Origin: Candidatus Babelota bacterium
GTDB taxonomy: Bacteria > Babelota > Babeliae > Babelales > UBA12411
NCBI GenBank assembly: GCA_003511165.1
Contig: DOJW01000004.1
Location: 68,015-132,014 of the forward strand
Length of the DNA: 64,000 nucleotides
Direction of reading: 5' to 3'
Shown: one piece after another, positions 27,260 to 37,486 of the stretch
Position numbering within the stretch: the stretch's first letter is position 1
Layout: each line of letters opens with the position of its first letter
Program-made: the position numbers and the translations under genes
The notes under the pieces: generated by a model
What the model was told of the DNA's origin: nothing
The model's database searches: none
The model's input: only the letters and a program-made list of their open reading frames with translations

Positions 27260-29674
27260 ATGAAAAATATGTCAAAAATCGTTAAATTCGCATTGCTTGG
27301 ATCTGTTTTGATTGCAACTTTTAGTAAGGCAATCACAATTACATTTACAAAAGTTGGTCCTGATAGACATCTTGTAAGGGAACAACATACAATTGATGAT
27401 CGTTATAAACCATTCTTTTATTTTGATGAAGCTCCCTTCTCTTTCGAACAATTTTCAAAAGCTACTTTTATTTTAGATACACTAATTCAAATTGAAGAAG
27501 CAAAAAAAGAATTACACATCTTCGAAAACATGCTGCAACACGCAACTTCTTTGATAGCAATTGATCGCGCGCAAATCAAAAGGAAAAATGACGCAGAAAA
27601 AGGAATTAAAACAAAAAATGAACAAATACAAACCTTACAAAATCAAATAAAAGGAGATATTTCAAGACGATCTCCAGATGATTTAAAAGATCTCAGGTTA
27701 ATTACTCAAGCTTTGAAACTTAAGAACCTCGAGGAATTTACAGCTCAACATTTTATTCAGAACAAATCAATTTCTATAAAAACTTCTGATGATCAGATCA
27801 TTACATTAAAGTTAGAACTTTTAACATGTTCTAAAATGATTAACAGTATGTTAGATGCTTCTAATTTGACAATAAACTCTGACCCTATTCTTCTACCTGA
27901 AATAACATCTGAGCAATGGAGACTAATTGAACTTTTATTACCAAACGTCAAAATAATAAATGATCCTGAATCTACAAAAGAAGAAATAGAAACTGCCCGA
28001 ACAGAACTAACTGCAAAAATTATGAGCTATTCATTACAGCAACAAAGGCAACTTTTACTTGCTGTTAACTTCTTAGATATTCCACAAATACTTAATGAAA
28101 CAATTAAACAAATAAGTAACTCTACAGAATTAATTGAAAGTTTTAGACAAAATCCCGAATCTTTTATTGAATCTGAAGAATTCAATACTGCAACAAATTT
28201 TTTACCACATGATTTATTGAAGCAACTTACAAAAAATTCTAATTTTTGCTGCTTCCTTAACGATTTAGAAATAGCGGGACATACTATCAAATGTGTTAAA
28301 TTTAATAACGGTGTAATTGTTGCTCAATTAGAAGATAATACTTACAGATATTGGACTATTAATCCTGACAATAGCCTACAACCTCTAGAAATAGCGGGAC
28401 ATACTATTATAGAAGCTACATCTTCTAACGGTGTAATTGTTGCTACATTAAACGATAATACTTACAGAATTTTGACTATTAATCCTGACAATAGCCTACA
28501 ACCTTTAGAAATAGCAGGACATACTATTGAATTTGCTTCAGCTTCTAACGGTGTAATTTTTACTAGATTAGAAGATAATACTTACAAAATTTTGACTATT
28601 AATCCTGACAAGAGTTTATCTAGTCCTCAACCTTTAGAAATAGAGGGACATACTATTCAATATGCTTCAGCTTCTAACGGTCTAATTATTGCTAAATTAG
28701 AAGATAATACTTACAAAATTTTGACTATAAATCCTAACAAGAGTTTATCTAGTCCTCAACCTTTAGAAATAGAGGGACATACTATTAGAAAAGCTACATC
28801 TACTAACGGTGTAATTGTTGCTAAATTAGAAGATAATACCTATAGATATTGGACTATAAATACTGACAATAGTTTATCTAGTCCTCAACCTTTAGAAATA
28901 GAGGGACATACTATTCAATATGCTTCAGCTGAAAATGGTGTAATTGTTGCTAAATTAGACGATAATACTGACAGAGTTTGGGTTATAAATCCTGACAATG
29001 ACCTACAACCTTTAGAAATAGCGGGACATACTTTTCTATATGCTAATATTTATGACGGTGTAATGACGGTTCGATTAGAAGATAATGCTAACAGAGTTTG
29101 GGTTATAAATCCTGACAAAAGCCTACAACCTCTAGAAATAGCGGGACATACTATTATAGATGCTTCAGCTTCTAACGGTGTAATTGTTGCTACATTAGAC
29201 GATTTTACTTACAGAATTTTGACTATTAATCCTGACAATAGCCTACAACCTTTAGAAATAGCGGGACATACTATTACAAAAGCTTCAGCTTCTAACGGTG
29301 TAATTACTGCTAAATTAGAAGATAATACTTACAAAATTTTGACTATAAATCCTGACAAGAGTTTATCTAGTCCTCAACCTTTAGAAATAGCAGGACATAC
29401 TATTACAAAAGCTTCAGCTTCTAACGGTGTAATTTTTACTAGATTAGAAGATAATACTTACAGAGTTTTTATACCTAAAAGAATAACCCTCCAACAAGCA
29501 CTATTTATTAATGCTTGCAAAGAACGACCTATAAATTTAGATTCTGAACCAAAATTTAAAAGTATTTTTGACTCTCTTCCGGCAGAGTTAAAACAAAAAC
29601 TTAAAGCAGAAGGCTTTGTTTCTGAATCAATTCCTGGACAAATTTCTAGATCAATCGAAATTTCAGGCGAATAA
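27260..29674 (+). CDS. Secreted protein with Skp1/BTB-POZ-like domain and ten WD40-like tandem repeats
   Basis: Signal-like MKNMSKIVKFALLGSVLIATFSKA; the ATG at 27260 is preceded by GGAG, with an alternative ATG at 27248. Residues ~174-290 (nt ~27767-28117) read ISIKTSDDQIITLKLELLTCSKMINSMLD..DPILLPEITSEQWRLIELLL..LLLAVNFLDIPQILNETIKQI, following the Skp1/BTB pattern. Then come 10 units of LQPLEIAGHTIxxASASNGVIVAKLEDNTYRILTINPDNS (GH...D.T.R.W, WD40-like). Confidence 0.8.
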   Translation: MKNMSKIVKFALLGSVLIATFSKAITITFTKVGPDRHLVREQHTIDDRYKPFFYFDEAPFSFEQFSKATFILDTLIQIEEAKKELHIFENMLQHATSLIAIDRAQIKRKNDAEKGIKTKNEQIQTLQNQIKGDISRRSPDDLKDLRLITQALKLKNLEEFTAQHFIQNKSISIKTSDDQIITLKLELLTCSKMINSMLDASNLTINSDPILLPEITSEQWRLIELLLPNVKIINDPESTKEEIETARTELTAKIMSYSLQQQRQLLLAVNFLDIPQILNETIKQISNSTELIESFRQNPESFIESEEFNTATNFLPHDLLKQLTKNSNFCCFLNDLEIAGHTIKCVKFNNGVIVAQLEDNTYRYWTINPDNSLQPLEIAGHTIIEATSSNGVIVATLNDNTYRILTINPDNSLQPLEIAGHTIEFASASNGVIFTRLEDNTYKILTINPDKSLSSPQPLEIEGHTIQYASASNGLIIAKLEDNTYKILTINPNKSLSSPQPLEIEGHTIRKATSTNGVIVAKLEDNTYRYWTINTDNSLSSPQPLEIEGHTIQYASAENGVIVAKLDDNTDRVWVINPDNDLQPLEIAGHTFLYANIYDGVMTVRLEDNANRVWVINPDKSLQPLEIAGHTIIDASASNGVIVATLDDFTYRILTINPDNSLQPLEIAGHTITKASASNGVITAKLEDNTYKILTINPDKSLSSPQPLEIAGHTITKASASNGVIFTRLEDNTYRVFIPKRITLQQALFINACKERPINLDSEPKFKSIFDSLPAELKQKLKAEGFVSESIPGQISRSIEISGE
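28257..29470 (+). repeat. In-frame tandem repeat, 10 units of 120 or 129 bp
   Basis: The core (t/c)tagaaatag(c/a)gggacatact recurs at 28265, 28385, 28505, 28634, 28763, 28892, 29012, 29132, 29252 and 29381. Spacings are 120, 120, 129, 129, 129, 120, 120, 120 and 129. The 129-bp units carry an extra SLSSP-coding insert. Confidence 0.95.
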
Positions 29675-29734
29675 GCAGTTAGAGATTTAAATAGAACTCG
29701 ATCTTTATTCGCAAGATAAATAGGTCACAAAACT

Positions 29735-29778
29735 AACAGTAAAAAGGGGCGATTTAAACATCGCCCCTTTTTACTGTT
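29735..29778 (+). terminator. Strong rho-independent terminator
   Basis: A 19-bp perfect stem aacagtaaaaaggggcgat / atcgcccctttttactgtt with a 6-nt loop. The T-run lies within and after the 3' arm. Confidence 0.85.
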
Positions 29779-29822
29779 TACATCTACCAAAAATTAATCT
29801 AAAGTTTTCTCTATAAATTTGT

Positions 29823-29897
29823 GCGGGAATAGCTCAGTGGTAGAGCATTGCCTTCCCAAGGCAAGGGCCGCGGGTTCAACCCCCGTTTCCCGCTCCA
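29823..29897 (+). tRNA. tRNA-Gly (CCC)
   Basis: The 75-nt cloverleaf gcgggaa..ttgcc-ttCCCaa-ggcaa..gcggg-ttcaacc-cccgt-ttcccgc-t-cca. Confidence 0.95.
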
Positions 29898-29906
29898 AAA
29901 TTTTGT

Positions 29907-29935
29907 TTGACAACCGGATCTTTTAAAGATAAATT
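29907..29935 (+). promoter_or_regulatory. Sigma70-type promoter for the second tRNA-Gly
   Basis: TTGACA (29907-29912), a 17-nt spacer, then TAAATT (29930-29935), about 25 nt upstream of the tRNA 5' end. Confidence 0.45.
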
Positions 29936-29960
29936 TGGGACATCTTCTTTGAATTTTTAT

Positions 29961-30035
29961 GCGGGAATAGCTCAGTGGTAGAGCATTGCCTTGCCAAGGC
30001 AAGGGTCGCGGGTTCAAATCCCGTTTCCCGCTCCA
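29961..30035 (+). tRNA. tRNA-Gly (GCC)
   Basis: A 75-nt cloverleaf that differs from the CCC copy only at anticodon position 34, one variable-loop base and two T-loop bases. Confidence 0.95.
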
Positions 30036-30268
30036 AAATTTTACTTAATTTTCCCTGTTGTAATCGAAAAGTAATTCTGGTACATTTTTTAGAGAAAAGT
30101 AAATTCATTTTTCTTATTTTTTACCTATTTTTTTATATTTTCATTTACTTTTCGAGCCTGTTTTTGTTTTTTATTAATTTATGATTTTTAAATAACTTAT
30201 TTTTTAACTTTTATTATTTAAAAATATTTTTAACCCTCAAATTTGAATTTGACCAAAGGATTTAACAA

Positions 30269-30904
30269 ATGAAATCGATTCTACAAGAAGATTCTTCAAT
30301 AGCTAAAGCGGTTGCCAAAGCATGGCAAAAAGCTGGAGAGCCAAAAGAATTTAATGTCAAAGTTTTTAGCAAAGAAGAAAAAAATTTCTTCGGATTTGTA
30401 AAAAAAATGGCTGTCGTCTCTCTATCATATGACTTCAACGTATTTTCTAAATCTACAAATAAATCACAACCCAAAGCTTACATCAATACAGATAAGTCAA
30501 GCGTACTGCCAGGTAATGCACAAAAGTTTAAAGATAATAAACCAGTGCCAGCTCAGGCACCTTACAAAAAACAACAATATCAAGGTGAAGAAAAACAAAA
30601 TTCAAACTCATCACAAAATGATTCCGCAGCATTTGCTTATGGCAAATGGAATAACGATTTAGTAAAAGACGTAAATAATTGGATAACCGAGTTGGTCAAT
30701 CTAATGAATCTCAAATCAACATTTACGGTTTCTGTAAATCAACATTTATTAAAAATCATTTTTGACAAACCTGTAATAGAAAATGTAAATAACGAACGTT
30801 TACTTTTTTCCGGATTTGCATTTTTGTTAATGCAATTTTTAAAAAGAAAATACAAACGCAAATTTGGCGGTCACAGACTTGCCATAACATCTATTAGAAG
30901 TTAG
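30269..30904 (+). CDS. jag: Jag/KhpB-like RNA-binding protein
   Basis: Jag_N-like N-terminus SIAKAVAKAWQKAGEPKEFNVKVFSKEEKNFFGFVKK. It sits immediately upstream of mnmE, the conserved jag-mnmE arrangement. The low-complexity middle and basic C-terminus are divergent. Confidence 0.5.
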   Translation: MKSILQEDSSIAKAVAKAWQKAGEPKEFNVKVFSKEEKNFFGFVKKMAVVSLSYDFNVFSKSTNKSQPKAYINTDKSSVLPGNAQKFKDNKPVPAQAPYKKQQYQGEEKQNSNSSQNDSAAFAYGKWNNDLVKDVNNWITELVNLMNLKSTFTVSVNQHLLKIIFDKPVIENVNNERLLFSGFAFLLMQFLKRKYKRKFGGHRLAITSIRS

Positions 30905-30909
30905 GGATA

Positions 30910-32319
30910 ATGAGTTTTTTGACAAAAGATGAAGAACCAATAGTTGCACTTTGCTCCCCAGTCGGAGCAGGCGCATTAGCTATTATCCGTTTAAGCGGAA
31001 ATGGTGTGGTTGAAATCGTAGATAAAATTTCAAAATTGCAAAACAATAAACTTTTATCTAATCAAAAAACTCATACAATCCATTTCGGCAAAATATTCGA
31101 TCACACATCAAACAGTATCATCGATGATGTTCTATTCTTTTTGATGAAAGCCCCAAAAACATTTACTGGACAAGATTGTATAGAAATAAGCTGTCATAAC
31201 AATCCTTTCATCATTAAAAAAATAATTGAACTATGCATTTCAAATGGTGCACGCGCAGCAGAAAATGGCGAATTTTCCAAAAGAGCATTTTTAAATGGTA
31301 AAATAGATTTGATCCAAGCTGAATCTATAAACGAACTTATAGCTGCACAAAATGAAGTCGTTTTAAAAAAATCGCTTGAACAATTAAAAGGCTCCCTTTC
31401 ATCTTTTATCAAAGAAATTGAAGAAGAAATAACAAAATTACTTGCACTTGTAGAAGCTAGTTTTGAATTTCTGGATGAAGAACAACGTGATGTCCAATTT
31501 GATCAAATAATAAAAAATCAATTTGATTTAATTTTTAAAAAATTAGAAAAAATAAAAGAAAATTATTCTCATTCATTGCAAATAAAAGAAGGCTTGCGCA
31601 TATCACTTCTCGGAAGCGTGAATGTAGGTAAGTCTACTTTGTTCAATGCATTGATCAAAAAAGAAAGATCAATCGTTACTGATGTTGCAGGAACAACTCG
31701 TGACAGCGTCGAAGCGGGAGTATGCAAAGATGGAAATTTTTGGACATTTATAGATACAGCGGGTTTGCGCAAAACGGAAAACTTGATTGAGCAACAAGGA
31801 ATAGAACGATCTTTGCAAGAAGCATGCAGTGCAGATATTTTGCTTTTGATTATTTCTGCTGTAGATAAACTTTCGCAAGAGCAGATAGAATCATACAAAG
31901 AAGCTTTAGAAAAATATCGCGAAAAAATAATTTTGGTATTAAATAAAATCGATTTACAACAAAATTCTGCAAAACAAATTATTTCCATACTTAATGTTAA
32001 TATCGACCCTATCAAAGTATCCGCAATCACAAACGCAGGCATAAAAGAACTTGAAAATAAAATACAAGAAAAAATTAACATCATATTTAAACAATTCAAT
32101 TCACCATATCTCCTTAACAAGCGTCATTTTGAAACATTAACAAATATCGAAAACAAACTAAAAGAAACTTTCGTTAATATCTTTGAAAAATACGAAGGAT
32201 ACGAAATAGCAGCCATGAATTTAAAAGATATTTTGGAAACATTATCACAACTAACAGGCAAAAATATAAACGAACAAACATTAGATTCTGTATTCAAAAA
32301 TTTCTGCATCGGTAAATGA
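30910..32319 (+). CDS. mnmE: tRNA modification GTPase MnmE (TrmE)
   Basis: G1 motif GSVNVGKSTLFN, plus DTAGLR and NKIDL. The C-terminal tetrapeptide CIGK is diagnostic. Confidence 0.95.
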   Translation: MSFLTKDEEPIVALCSPVGAGALAIIRLSGNGVVEIVDKISKLQNNKLLSNQKTHTIHFGKIFDHTSNSIIDDVLFFLMKAPKTFTGQDCIEISCHNNPFIIKKIIELCISNGARAAENGEFSKRAFLNGKIDLIQAESINELIAAQNEVVLKKSLEQLKGSLSSFIKEIEEEITKLLALVEASFEFLDEEQRDVQFDQIIKNQFDLIFKKLEKIKENYSHSLQIKEGLRISLLGSVNVGKSTLFNALIKKERSIVTDVAGTTRDSVEAGVCKDGNFWTFIDTAGLRKTENLIEQQGIERSLQEACSADILLLIISAVDKLSQEQIESYKEALEKYREKIILVLNKIDLQQNSAKQIISILNVNIDPIKVSAITNAGIKELENKIQEKINIIFKQFNSPYLLNKRHFETLTNIENKLKETFVNIFEKYEGYEIAAMNLKDILETLSQLTGKNINEQTLDSVFKNFCIGK

Positions 32320-32455
32320 AGCGTGTATCACGCGTAATTCTTCGAAGCCAACCCTACTTCGCTCTCATGGAGCTACGAAGGGTTCTACTCGCCATGCATC
32401 ACCAATCTAAAAGCCTTGAGGTTTTCTGGCGGAGTAGAATAATTCGAATTGAAAA
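32320..32455. other. GC-rich multi-hairpin island directly after the mnmE stop
   Basis: Hairpins are gcgtg-tat-cacgc, cttcgctc/gagctacgaag, and ttctactcgcc/ggcggagtagaa (one bulge). Local GC is clearly above the flanking AT-rich spacer. There is no T-run and no ORF. Confidence 0.5.
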
Positions 32456-32878
32456 AAAGCAAACCACAACGTTGAATAAATTTTCTCTTTGAAAAAACAA
32501 CTTTAAATTTGACCAATCTCATACTTTGAGTACTCTATAAGAGCTCGCCTCTATAAAAGTAAAAAGTTACAAGTTCAAAAAAGAAGTTTTTTTATCCGAG
32601 CAATTCTAAAAAATTATTCTATATAAATCAAAAATTTTATTTTAGTCATATTTACTTATTTAATTTAATACAACTTCAGTTAAATTATCTTATAAGATCG
32701 GACTCAGATATTGAAATTGCGCCCTCTTCTTTTACCTTTATTTTAAATCTTAAAACACCAAAACAAAAATATATTGAATTTTTATATTTTTAACTTATAA
32801 TTTTTCTTGATGAACGGTTATAATATTTTAAGTATTAAACTAAATAAATCTTAAAAATTTTAGAAAGGGGTCTATAAA

Positions 32879-33172
32879 ATGGCAAAAAAAATAAGTCCTT
32901 TATACGACAGAGTTTTGGTTCAAAGAATCGAAGATGAAGAAACAACTTCAAGTGGCATCATAATCCCAGATACAGCAAAAGAAAAAACACAAATCGCAGA
33001 AGTAAAAGCAATCGGAAATGGCAAAATAACAAACGACGGTTCAATTAAGGCTCTGACAGTCAAAGTTGGCGATAAAATCATTTTTGGAAAATATTCTGGC
33101 ACAGAAATCAAATTAGAAGGTCAAGAATATCTAATACTTAAAGAAGAAGAAATTTTAGGTATTGTAAGTTAA
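32879..33172 (+). CDS. groES: Co-chaperonin GroES
   Basis: PLYDRVLVQRIEDEETTSSGIIIPDTAKEK (mobile loop) and YLILKEEEILGIV. Confidence 0.95.
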   Translation: MAKKISPLYDRVLVQRIEDEETTSSGIIIPDTAKEKTQIAEVKAIGNGKITNDGSIKALTVKVGDKIIFGKYSGTEIKLEGQEYLILKEEEILGIVS

Positions 33173-33193
33173 TTTTTTCAAAATAATTTTTAG

Positions 33194-34837
<1,644 letters not shown>

Positions 34838-34863
34838 TTTGATTAATTTAAAATATTAATATA

Positions 34864-34896
34864 AAAAATAGCAGTAGAATTTCTACTGCTATTTTT
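34864..34896. terminator. Bidirectional terminator between groEL and prfA
   Basis: The palindrome aaaaatagcagtagaa-t-ttctactgctattttt has A/T runs on both sides, between convergent genes. Confidence 0.75.
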
Positions 34897-34920
34897 ATTT
34901 AGAGTACAAAAATTTTTTAA

Positions 34921-35994
34921 CTAAACGAGTTTAATTAGTGATCCTTGCTTTTTGCGTTCTTCAAATTCCCAAGCAACTAATGGATTTATCAAATCGTCAA
35001 GATCACCCTCAATTACAACATCTAATTTTTTCAAAGTTAAATCGATTCGATGATCGGTGATTCTATTTTGAGGAAAATTGTAAGTACGAATTTTTTCGCT
35101 TCGCTCACCTGTTCCTATCATAGTTTTACGTTGCACACTAAGTTCTGATTGTTTTTTTTGTTTTTCAAAATCATAAAGTCGCGCTTGTAAAATTTTCATT
35201 CCCTTAGCACGATTTTTGATTTGTGAACGCTCATCCTGACAACTTACAACAACACCAGATGGAATATGAGTAATACGAACAGCTGAATCTGTGGTATTAA
35301 CATGCTGACCTCCAGCACCGCTGGATCTAAAAACATCTATTCTTAAATCTTTTGGATCGATGCTAACATCAACTTCCTCAACTTCAGGTAAAACTGCAAC
35401 AGTAACTGTCGACGTATGGATTCTTCCTGCAGTTTCAGTCCGAGGAACGCGCTGAACACGATGGACACCGGCTTCAAATTTCAAATATTTATAAACATTT
35501 TTGCCCTTGATATAAATAATTATTTCTTTGAAACCACCAAGATCGGTAGTACTGCTATCAGCGATAGAAACGTCCCATCTTTTGGTTAATGCATAATTGG
35601 AGTACATTTTAAAAAGATCTGATGCGAACAATGCAGCTTCTTGACCACCAGCACCCGCGCGAATTTCGATAAATACTGATGCAGAATCTTTTTCATCTGC
35701 TGGATAAAGTAAATCTTCAAGCTCTGACTGTAACAATGAAATAGTTTTTTCTTTTTGAATTATCTCTTCTTTATACATAGTTAGAAGGTCTACATCTGAG
35801 GAGATAGTGTCTAAATCTTTTTTGAGATCATTTAGAGATTGTTCGATATGAACTAATTGACCGTGTTTTTCAATGGCTGTAGAAAATAAACTGGATAACT
35901 TTTGAAGTCTACCTCTCTCTTTATTATCTAAACTTGAAGAAGACAGTTTTTGGAGAATTTCTTCATATTCTTTTTTGATCTGTTCCCAATTCAT
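34921..35994 (-). CDS. prfA: Peptide chain release factor 1
   Basis: RF1-type tripeptide region [17 protein letters not shown] (PxT), plus the GGQ motif [23 protein letters not shown]. Length is 357 aa, with no frameshift. Confidence 0.93.
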   Translation of the reverse strand: MNWEQIKKEYEEILQKLSSSSLDNKERGRLQKLSSLFSTAIEKHGQLVHIEQSLNDLKKDLDTISSDVDLLTMYKEEIIQKEKTISLLQSELEDLLYPADEKDSASVFIEIRAGAGGQEAALFASDLFKMYSNYALTKRWDVSIADSSTTDLGGFKEIIIYIKGKNVYKYLKFEAGVHRVQRVPRTETAGRIHTSTVTVAVLPEVEEVDVSIDPKDLRIDVFRSSGAGGQHVNTTDSAVRITHIPSGVVVSCQDERSQIKNRAKGMKILQARLYDFEKQKKQSELSVQRKTMIGTGERSEKIRTYNFPQNRITDHRIDLTLKKLDVVIEGDLDDLINPLVAWEFEERKKQGSLIKLV

Positions 35995-36004
35995 AATCTC
36001 TCAA

Positions 36005-36059
36005 ATTAAAAAAGCGGAACAAATCAAAAACATTTGAAAATGTTCCGCTAAAACTTATT
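36005..36059 (-). terminator. Hairpin plus T-run downstream of rpmE, immediately upstream of prfA
   Basis: On the minus strand: agcggaaca..(loop with an internal caaat/atttg stem)..tgttccgct, followed by tttttt. It ends about 10 nt before the prfA ATG. Confidence 0.45.
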
Positions 36060-36062
36060 AAT

Positions 36063-36272
36063 TTATTTTTTAGTTTTTTTGTTATAACGATTTTGGAATT
36101 TTTCAATTCTTCCAGCTTCGTCGATAAACTTTTGAGTTCCTGTGCAGAATGGGTGGCAGCTTGAGCAAATATCAACTCTGATAGATTCTTTTGTAGAATA
36201 TGTTTCAAAAGCGTTGCCACAAACACATTGTGCTAAAACTTTATGAGTTGTTGGGTGAATATCTTTTTTCAT
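36063..36272 (-). CDS. rpmE: 50S ribosomal protein L31
   Basis: MKKDIHPTTHKV..CVCGN..CSSCHPFCTG. The ATG at 36272 is preceded by GAGG. Confidence 0.92.
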   Translation of the reverse strand: MKKDIHPTTHKVLAQCVCGNAFETYSTKESIRVDICSSCHPFCTGTQKFIDEAGRIEKFQNRYNKKTKK

Positions 36273-36280
36273 GCAAAACC

Positions 36281-37291
36281 TCACTTAATACCGTTTACTT
36301 TATATTTATTTTTTAATTCTTCGATGATCTTAACTGGATATGCATCAACGTTTCTGTGTAAAGCAAGATAATAAGATGCAAAATCAGCCCACAAAATTAT
36401 GTAAAATAATTGTTCCTCCCAAGTATCCCCCAAAATCTGCGGTTTGTAAAGGGAGATTCCCTTGTCCTTTAGTAGCTCAACTGTTGAAATTAAAGCTATT
36501 TCAAGATTGCCAGGTAAAAATTCAGTGGAAAACATCAAAATTTTAGGTTTTTTCTCAAATTTTGAAAACCCAACAACCAAATTGTGTGTCAACTCTGGAA
36601 AAGATAAAGCAATAGCCTGAACTTTGCTATTTTCATTAAATTGAGTTTGGGCTCTATATGCAGCCGATTCACAGTCCCCTTCTAAACCCCAAATTTGTAA
36701 AAAGTCATCACTTCCAACATAATTTAAAAAATCTTCAAAACATGATTTATTATCAAATTTAGGAGTATAAATCTGTGCTATTTTCTCAAATGCCACAACT
36801 GCTTGTTTGCCACCATCAAGCAAACCCATCAAATCGAATAACCCTAACAAAATACCTAAAAAATTACCTAAAGCTGATCGAGGGGTTTTACTTTGAGGTA
36901 AAAGAATAAACGGTAAATTTTTATTTTCGGCAATTTCTGCCACCTTACCGCCATTAGCAAGAACTATTGTAGGCACAAATTTATTTACTAACGAGTTTAA
37001 AACCCCTACCGTTTCCCAAGTATTTCCAGAATAAGAAATAACTATCGCCAATGTCTCGCTATCAACAAAATTTGGTAAAACTGAAGAATTAATCGCAAAT
37101 GTTGGAATTTTACTTTTTTTATCAAAAAAGGATTTTAAAATTCGACCAGCAATTCCTGACCCGCCCATTCCACAAAAAACTATTTTATTAATTTTCTTGG
37201 GCAATTTTGTAGAATTAGCAAAATGAAAATTATGAGCTATATCAAGCCCTTCTTTTAACTTTTTGGGCCAAAGTTTTATCTCTTCTACCAT
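36281..37291 (-). CDS. Bifunctional phosphoglucose/phosphomannose isomerase family (SIS) protein
   Basis: SIS motif VFCGMGGSGIAGRILKSF, SYSGNTWET, about 336 aa, and a GAGGAGAAG RBS. Confidence 0.7.
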   Translation of the reverse strand: MVEEIKLWPKKLKEGLDIAHNFHFANSTKLPKKINKIVFCGMGGSGIAGRILKSFFDKKSKIPTFAINSSVLPNFVDSETLAIVISYSGNTWETVGVLNSLVNKFVPTIVLANGGKVAEIAENKNLPFILLPQSKTPRSALGNFLGILLGLFDLMGLLDGGKQAVVAFEKIAQIYTPKFDNKSCFEDFLNYVGSDDFLQIWGLEGDCESAAYRAQTQFNENSKVQAIALSFPELTHNLVVGFSKFEKKPKILMFSTEFLPGNLEIALISTVELLKDKGISLYKPQILGDTWEEQLFYIILWADFASYYLALHRNVDAYPVKIIEELKNKYKVNGIK

Positions 37292-37486
37292 GATCTTCTC
37301 CTCTTAAAAAATAGAAATATCAAAGCCAAAATTTTACAAACTTTAACAAAGAATCTTTAAAAAACAAAGTTTTATTTTTTTCATTACTTGTGATAAAAAT
37401 TTATAATTATTTTTAATTAAATTGACTATTGGTAAATTAAAGATATAAAATAATTATATTATGTTTAATCAAATAAAGGGATAAAT

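Noticed and set aside
29811-30184. ORFs of 61-69 aa overlapping the two tRNA-Gly genes. ORF 46588-46821 similarly overlaps the Val/Asn/Asp tRNAs.
   Set aside because: They are read-through translations of tRNA sequence (the repeated PLPWxGNALPLSYSR peptides come from the duplicated tRNA). The tRNA cloverleaves fully explain the conservation.
31569-32120. A 183-aa antisense ORF within mnmE, plus several smaller ones (31194-31412, 31669-31878, 32124-32309).
   Set aside because: mnmE on the plus strand is full-length with all G motifs and CIGK. The antisense products have no motifs.
32460-32878. A CIRCE (HrcA operator TTAGCACTC-N9-GAGTGCTAA) or sigma32 promoter upstream of groES.
   Set aside because: No CIRCE-like inverted repeat is present. 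The nearest candidate (ttgagtactc tataa gagctc at ~32527) is too degenerate. A sigma32 CTTGAA/CCCCAT pair was not found either.
35963-36226. An 87-aa ORF overlapping the 5' end of the release-factor gene. I considered a programmed +1 frameshift of the RF2 (prfB) type.
   Set aside because: The downstream protein is RF1, not RF2: it has a PxT-type VPRTE tripeptide, no SPF motif, and a full-length 357-aa single ORF starting at an ATG. The 87-aa ORF overlaps rpmE out of frame and has no RBS or homology, so it is spurious.
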